From Candidatus Wirthbacteria bacterium (GTDB lineage Bacteria > Patescibacteriota > CG2-30-54-11): 64,000 nucleotides of DNA. The position numbers were made by a program, and so were the translations under genes. The stretch is taken from positions 6,160 through 70,159 of the forward strand of contig CAISZI010000058.1 of assembly GCA_903889905.1 (NCBI GenBank), read 5' to 3'. A model generated the notes under the pieces. It searched no databases, was not told where the DNA came from, and saw only the letters and a program-made list of their open reading frames with translations. This document shows, piece by piece, positions 59,061-64,000 of the stretch; the stretch's first letter is position 1; each line of letters starts with the position of its first letter.

Positions 59061-59084
59061 GGGCGATGCGTCAGTCGCCCCTAC
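59061..59084 (-). repeat. GTAG-type REP
   Basis: Minus strand GTAG-GGGCGA CTGACGCA TCGCCC. Confidence 0.65.
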
Positions 59085-59761
59085 TAACTGATATATCTCC
59101 CCGCATACTGATCCCGCACGACAATGCCATTCTCCAATGCCACCACGCGGCGGCGGATGGCGTTGACGATATTCTGATCGTGGGTCGCCATGATCACCGT
59201 CGTGCCAAAGTTATTGATGCGTTGCAGCAATTGAATAATTTCCCAGCCGGTATAGCTGTCCAGATTTCCAGTGGGTTCATCAGCGAGCAAAATTTTGGGC
59301 TGGTGCACCAGGGCACGGGCAATGGCGACACGCTGTTGTTCGCCACCCGAAAGCTCGTTGGGGAAATGGTTGGCTTTGTCCTCGAGTCCCACCAGTGCCA
59401 GCACTTTGGGCACGATATCCTTGATCTGTCTGTAACTGCGGCCCGACACCTCCAGCGCAAAAGCGACATTTTCAAAGGCGTTTTTGTTGCGCAGCAGTTT
59501 GAAGTCCTGAAACACCGTACCGATTTTGCGCCGGTACTGCGCGACACGACCACGGGGAATGTATTCAATGTCCTCGCCGTCGACAAACACTTTGCCAATG
59601 TTACATTTTTCTTCTTTGATCAAGAGGCGCATCAACGATGATTTGCCGACACCGCTCGGCCCGATCAGCGAGACAAAGTCCCCCGCCGCAATGTTGAGAT
59701 TGATGTTGCGCAGGACGAATTTGTTGCCGTATTTCTTGCTCACGCCTTGGATCAGGATCAT
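59084..59761 (-). CDS. ftsE: Cell division ATP-binding protein FtsE
   Basis: [34 protein letters not shown]; upstream of ftsX. Confidence 0.95.
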   Translation of the reverse strand: MILIQGVSKKYGNKFVLRNINLNIAAGDFVSLIGPSGVGKSSLMRLLIKEEKCNIGKVFVDGEDIEYIPRGRVAQYRRKIGTVFQDFKLLRNKNAFENVAFALEVSGRSYRQIKDIVPKVLALVGLEDKANHFPNELSGGEQQRVAIARALVHQPKILLADEPTGNLDSYTGWEIIQLLQRINNFGTTVIMATHDQNIVNAIRRRVVALENGIVVRDQYAGRYIS

Positions 59762-59829
59762 GATTTTTTGTTTGATAGTCTAAACGTATGACTATTATAC
59801 ACGGCGTTTTTGGGTTGGCAAGGAGGGGA

Positions 59830-60006
59830 GAGTACCTCCCACCTTCGCATGGCTTCGGTGGGCAGGCCCCAACCCCACCTAAATTAGGTGGGGTAAGAGT
59901 TCTCCTTCCTTTTCCCTCCTAAGTCAAGCGCTTCGTCGTCCCTTGGGGACTGGAGTCTGCGACGTGCTGTGCATAGGAGGGAATAAAAAGGGAGGTATTT
60001 CCCCTC
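59830..60006. repeat. Family-A REP doublet carrying nested mini-palindrome insertions
   Basis: GAGTACC leader, ACCCCACCTA aat TAGGTGGGGT, and TTCCCTCCTA...TAGGAGGGAA with an expanded loop; second unit matches 62306-62372. Confidence 0.8.
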
Positions 60007-60390
60007 TTATTCCCAACTCTTCCTCGATAATCACAATAATACTTGCAATTATCTAAAATTATGCTATATTATATTTACAAATACATCAACTAAGCACATT
60101 AATATCATCAATATCGTCAATTTTCCTCCCCTCAGGCCCAAAGCCGTCGGGGAGGGTTACCAAAAACAATCCCGGGTACTCAGAAGAGGCCCTGATGATC
60201 TGATTGTTGGGTCAACTCTTGCCATCATCGCCGGTGCCTCGCATCGGCCCAGGTGGTGCATGCCTCCTCCGCCTCCCCGCCCGAATGCCGGGCGCTCAGG
60301 CCACCGGATGCTTGCCTCCGCCCCAAGTGCTGGCAAGTAAAACCCAACAACCAGAGAGAGCAAAAGCAAATCTGGTTAATTCGAAGATTC

Positions 60391-60484
60391 GTAACCCTTC
60401 CTAACCTTCCCTTACCCTAAGGGCAGGCATAAGAAGTTCCCATCCCCTCTCCCCTTAAAGTAAGGGGAGATAAAGAGGGGTTAT
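60391..60484. repeat. Family-A REP doublet
   Basis: Inverted near-copy of both units of 8804-8908 with an unrelated spacer. Confidence 0.85.
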
Positions 60485-60621
60485 TCCCCATCCCCCCGGT
60501 CCCGACCGCAGAACACCGCCAACACTGACCTGTTGTTGGTGCTCTGCGGTCAAACATTTCGCACTCGTTGGCATGTGCCAACTTGTGTAACAGAAATGTT
60601 TAGGCCGAGGAGGTTTTAATC

Positions 60622-61614
60622 ATGTCTAAAATGTACTCTCCCAGTTCTATGATCGTTCGGCATTCTTCCTTCCCGCATCGGCGGGACACTCGAAATGCAT
60701 TGGCAGCCGCACAGGCAGCCGCGAAAGCGGCACGGGCCGCTCAGCGAGCCGCTGAACGAGCTGAGCGGGCAGCGATGGCCGGGAAAAATGCCGTAAACAG
60801 CCTACGCCCGAGCGTAATCGGGACGGAAATCAATCAGACAATCATCAGCCTCAAATTCGAGGCTGAAGAAAATCTGAACATCGCGATCCTCTTTGCAGAG
60901 GAACGCGATGCCGCCCGAGAAGCTCTCGAGGCCGAGAAGGCGATGACAGCAGCTCTCAAGGCTGCCCCGCCACCGGCTGATCCGGCATTCGTTGATACTC
61001 CCCCCGCGGCCATGGAGCCCATCTCCTCCCCGAGCCAGTTGCAAATATGGAGATTCCGCGCTCAGGGCATTTTCCTCGCCCTAGTGGCCGTGTTGCTGGC
61101 GTTGCTCATTCTCGCCCTCTTGGGCGCAAGAATCTGTAGCCCATCATGGGTTACAGCGCCGGGATTCATCATCCCGACGGCAACGGTTGCGCCAGCAGCC
61201 CAACCGACCAACGGCACCCCCGCCGTTGGGTCGAGTGCAGCGAACTCGCTGCACATACTTATCACCTCGACCACACAAATCTCGCCGTCAGTCCCCACGA
61301 CGGTTTCAGTGACCACGGTCGTCTCTCAGACGGCCGCCCCCACGGTCACCGCGGCGTCCACCTCTACGGACGCCACAAATTATTTCACGATTACTCTCGG
61401 CAGTTTCACTAGTGCTGGTCAACTGGCAGTTCACTACTGCCCGTACCTGATCAACGCTAGTGTTTCGATTACTCGCTCAGTCTTCGGTCTTACAGGGACC
61501 TTGACTGACGATCAGTCGGTAGCCGGTTTAATCATGCGGGCCAACCCCAAATTCCCCTGGGGTAAGGGGCTTTCGACCGACGCACTCAACATCCCCGTTG
61601 AGTGCAGTTGGTGA
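60622..61614 (+). CDS. Hypothetical single-TM protein (Ala-rich coiled coil, Thr/Pro linker, small C-terminal domain)
   Basis: Strong GGAGG RBS; TM IFLALVAVLLALLILALLG; C-terminus weakly LysM-like (RANP...LNIP). Confidence 0.7.
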   Translation: MSKMYSPSSMIVRHSSFPHRRDTRNALAAAQAAAKAARAAQRAAERAERAAMAGKNAVNSLRPSVIGTEINQTIISLKFEAEENLNIAILFAEERDAAREALEAEKAMTAALKAAPPPADPAFVDTPPAAMEPISSPSQLQIWRFRAQGIFLALVAVLLALLILALLGARICSPSWVTAPGFIIPTATVAPAAQPTNGTPAVGSSAANSLHILITSTTQISPSVPTTVSVTTVVSQTAAPTVTAASTSTDATNYFTITLGSFTSAGQLAVHYCPYLINASVSITRSVFGLTGTLTDDQSVAGLIMRANPKFPWGKGLSTDALNIPVECSW

Positions 61615-61701
61615 AAACCGTAGAACAACCAGATTGAGCTCCCCGCTCTCTCTGGTTGTTCTACCTTGTGCCCTTGAGCTTTGGCTCGAGGGTAGAAGGA
61701 A

Positions 61702-61842
61702 GAGTACCGCCTCCTACCTCCTCCTACTCTAGGAGGAGGTAAGACAATGATTTCTCCAAAGCAATTCTTACCCTCTCCTAATGCTGGAGTCTGCGACGTC
61801 CCAACGTCCGCAGTTGGGATAGGAGAGGGCAGGGTGAGGTAT
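61702..61842. repeat. Family-A REP doublet left of DUF559 #2
   Basis: GAGTACC + ACCTCCTCCTA ctc TAGGAGGAGGT; CCCTCTCCTA[39-nt insert]TAGGAGAGGG-CAGGGTGAGGTA. Confidence 0.85.
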
Positions 61843-61851
61843 AATTCAGCC

Positions 61852-62244
61852 ATGTCCTACCTCTACAACAAACCCCCATTACAACCCAATCGTACGTCCC
61901 TGCGTCAAAACTCAACTGATGCCGAGAACGCTTTGTGGTATCACTTACGTAACAAACAGTTTCTTGGCCTTAAATTTCGCAGACAATACAGCGTCGATGC
62001 CTATGTGCTGGATTTCTATTGTCCATCGCTCCGCCTCGCCATCGAACTGGATGGCGGGCAACATGCGGAAGCCGATCAAATGGATTATGACCAAATTCGC
62101 ACTGAATTCCTTGCATCACAAGATATTCATGTGATCAGATTTTGGAATAATGATGCATTACAGAATATGGATGGTCTTTTGGAAAGACTGCAAATTGAAA
62201 TTGATAGACTAAGAGTACCACCCCCTAACCCCCGCCTACTCTAG
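61852..62244 (+). CDS. DUF559 / Vsr-like endonuclease-domain protein #2
   Basis: LRQNSTDAENALW..KFRRQ..YVLDFYC..IELDGGQH..YDQIRT..VIRFWN; start re-set to MSYLYN, with TATAAT 6 nt upstream. Confidence 0.9.
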   Translation: MSYLYNKPPLQPNRTSLRQNSTDAENALWYHLRNKQFLGLKFRRQYSVDAYVLDFYCPSLRLAIELDGGQHAEADQMDYDQIRTEFLASQDIHVIRFWNNDALQNMDGLLERLQIEIDRLRVPPPNPRLL

Positions 62245-62372
62245 GCGGGGGCAAGCTCTTACCCTCTCCTAGAGTAGGAGAGGGCAGGGTGAGGTACTCT
62301 GCTCATTTTCCCTCCTAAATCAAGCGCTTCGCAGTGCTGTGCATAGGAGGGAAATAGGGAGGTATTCCCCTC
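62213..62372. repeat. Three family-A REP hairpins right of DUF559 #2
   Basis: CCCCCGCCTA ctc TAGGCGGGGG; CCCTCTCCTA gag TAGGAGAGGG; TTCCCTCCTA..TAGGAGGGAA. Confidence 0.85.
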
Positions 62373-62373
62373 C

Positions 62374-63375
62374 CTATTTCCCGCTCAGCATATTCATCAC
62401 CACCTTGACCAAAACGTCTTTTTGACTGGGTTTACTCTCGGCTATGAGCAGCGCCAACGCGACGAGGGCATTGTCATTGATGCGTTTCTCGCCATCACGA
62501 CGGTAAAGCTTGCGATTCTGCGCGAGCAGCACGATGAACAGGAACGATGCAATCCGCTTGTTGCCATCCACAAAGGGGTGGTCTTTGATGATGAAGTACA
62601 GTAAGTGCGCCGCTTTTTCCTCCAGCGTGGCATACAGCTCGTCGCCACCAAAGGTTTGATAAAGCGTACCCATCACCGCCTCAAACTGGTGGTTACGTTC
62701 CTGGCCAAACAGTTCTCCGGCTTCCTGTTTCCTGACCAGTTCCTGCTTGAGCTGATCCACCGCACGCAGGGCATAAGGGTAATCCAGCTTGCGGCGCATT
62801 TTGGTACCTGCCACCTCATCCAGGCGCTCTTCATCATACTTTTGCAACAATACCCAGGTATTGGCATAAGTGGTGATCACCTCCAGCAAACCCGTGGTCT
62901 CGCCACTGCTGAGCTGTTTGGCGTGGACCACCTGCTTGATCAGCCCAACTGCCTGTTCAAATTCGGCCAGACCTGTTTCGTCAAGCCGCTTTGGCCTAAT
63001 CGTAAAGCCCTTAAGGAGATGGTCGCGCAAGACAGACGTTGCCCAGATGCGGAATTGGGTCCCACGCAATGATTTAACCCGATAACCGACTGAAATGATG
63101 ACATCGAGATTGTAAAAATCCATCTGATAAGTCTTGCCGTCCGCTGCAGTTGTTGCAAAATTTGCAACAACTGCTTCCCGACTCAGCTCCCCATCACGAA
63201 ACACGTTATGGATATGCCTGGAAACAACCGAATTGTCACGATCAAACAACGCGGATAGCTGATCCAAACTCAGCCAGACGGTCTCGTCCTGTAATTTCAC
63301 TTCCAACGACGCTTTGCCATCTTTGGCTTGATAAATCACGATCTCGCCAGTTTTAGCTGCCGTCATTTTGTTCAT
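62374..63375 (-). CDS. RhuM-family / Fic-DOC fusion protein
   Basis: ETVWLS, YNLDVIISVGYRVKS..GTQFRIWA (RhuM); HPFVDGNKR (Fic). Confidence 0.92.
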   Translation of the reverse strand: MNKMTAAKTGEIVIYQAKDGKASLEVKLQDETVWLSLDQLSALFDRDNSVVSRHIHNVFRDGELSREAVVANFATTAADGKTYQMDFYNLDVIISVGYRVKSLRGTQFRIWATSVLRDHLLKGFTIRPKRLDETGLAEFEQAVGLIKQVVHAKQLSSGETTGLLEVITTYANTWVLLQKYDEERLDEVAGTKMRRKLDYPYALRAVDQLKQELVRKQEAGELFGQERNHQFEAVMGTLYQTFGGDELYATLEEKAAHLLYFIIKDHPFVDGNKRIASFLFIVLLAQNRKLYRRDGEKRINDNALVALALLIAESKPSQKDVLVKVVMNMLSGK

Positions 63376-63428
63376 AATTTGACTTTCTGACTTAAAAATA
63401 CAAAATAGCTTCCTCCCCTTTAGTTCCC

Positions 63429-63692
63429 CTACATCCCCGCATACACATCTTTGCGATGCCCAATCTTGACTGCCAACACCACGACTTCAAGTTCAATTAT
63501 CTGATAAATAATCCGATATCTTCCCTGCCTTAGTCGCCGCAATCCTTTGAACTGCCCTTTGAGTTGCTCACCCTGATGCGGGTCGCGACCAAGTTCCTGG
63601 TCGATCACATCGAGTAATAGCCGCTGCGTTTCCTTGGGCAGCTTACGCAAATCCTTGGCAACCGACCGCTTAAATTGAATACTATAGACCAA
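63429..63692 (-). CDS. RelE/ParE-superfamily type II toxin
   Basis: KDLRKL, LKG, RLRQGRYRIIY, IGHRKDVY. Confidence 0.9.
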   Translation of the reverse strand: MVYSIQFKRSVAKDLRKLPKETQRLLLDVIDQELGRDPHQGEQLKGQFKGLRRLRQGRYRIIYQIIELEVVVLAVKIGHRKDVYAGM

Positions 63693-63903
63693 GACTCGTC
63701 CTCAGCTGGGCCGATGAAATCGTCTTGTCTTTGGCATCATTGGCGCGTGTAAGTGCTTCCACCAAATCCTCCTGATCCTGCAAATATGACACCACAGCTT
63801 GCGAAAGCAGCCACGACCTTGGCCGGTCGGCTTCAGCGGCAAGCAAATCAATCTGCTTTACCAAGTCTGCTTCCAAAGTAATAGAAATAGCTGATTTGGC
63901 CAT
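63682..63903 (-). CDS. Ribbon-helix-helix antitoxin
   Basis: ISITL..L...IDLLA....RPRSWLL..AV..YL; overlaps the toxin start. Confidence 0.85.
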   Translation of the reverse strand: MAKSAISITLEADLVKQIDLLAAEADRPRSWLLSQAVVSYLQDQEDLVEALTRANDAKDKTISSAQLRTSLGL

Positions 63904-63970
63904 CACTGCCTCGGCTAATATTTATATGATAAATAGTATAGAAAGTATAGAATGGAAACAAAATAAATAC

Positions 63971-64000
63971 AAGAGAACTCCCCCCTCCTACGCTCGGAAG
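63971..64000 (+). repeat. Start of another family-A REP (truncated by the window edge)
   Basis: AAGAGAACTC matches the leader at 5148, followed by CCTACGCT of the mini-palindrome type. Confidence 0.5.

Noticed and set aside
60190-60198. CTGATGA hammerhead-like core
   Set aside because: No stem II followed by GAAA, and no stem I/III geometry found.
61747-61851. N-terminal extension of DUF559 #2 (likewise 5091-5294 and 58918-58989 extensions)
   Set aside because: These extensions read through repeats or intergenic DNA; homology begins at downstream ATGs.
61702-62372. Possible CRISPR array in the hairpin clusters
   Set aside because: Units are inverted and divergent, spacing is irregular, and no cas genes are in the window.
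59830-64000. Integron or prophage interpretation
   Set aside because: No tyrosine/serine integrase, no recognisable attC core sites and no phage structural genes in the window.
1-64000. Alternative genetic code (TGA=Gly, as in Gracilibacteria/SR1)
   Set aside because: Conserved genes are full length under code 11, and TGA ends several genes (e.g. the GT2 and MazG-like ORFs).

Overview
64 kb of a small bacterial chromosome, genetic code 11. Gene content suggests Patescibacteria/CPR (inferred, not proven): housekeeping genes mixed with giant secreted proteins, DUF916-like genes, a membrane-anchored Clp ATPase and pilin-like proteins. Core genes include xseA, tex, a U32 peptidase, dnaJ, uppS, rplI, dcd, dut, priA, def, fmt, queA, cutA, rpmB, rsmD and ftsEX with an M23 protein. 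There are two tRNAs (Lys-UUU, Leu-CAA) and a probable 6S RNA. The most striking unexplained signal is a family of about 12 REP-like hairpins with covarying stems. They mostly occur in inverted pairs and bracket two paralogous DUF559 nuclease genes, a layout like REP/RAYT although no RAYT is in the window. Smaller palindromic mini-elements are nested inside these hairpins and at tRNA CCA ends. Other candidates are a WxL/Csu-like fibre locus without an usher, a GlmL-like ATPase/Clp/PEGA-pilin operon, a mosaic 2090-aa double-SGNH surface protein beside an orphan NDP-hexose 2,3-dehydratase, and a frameshifted formate/nitrite transporter. All calls come from reading motifs by eye; no searches were run.
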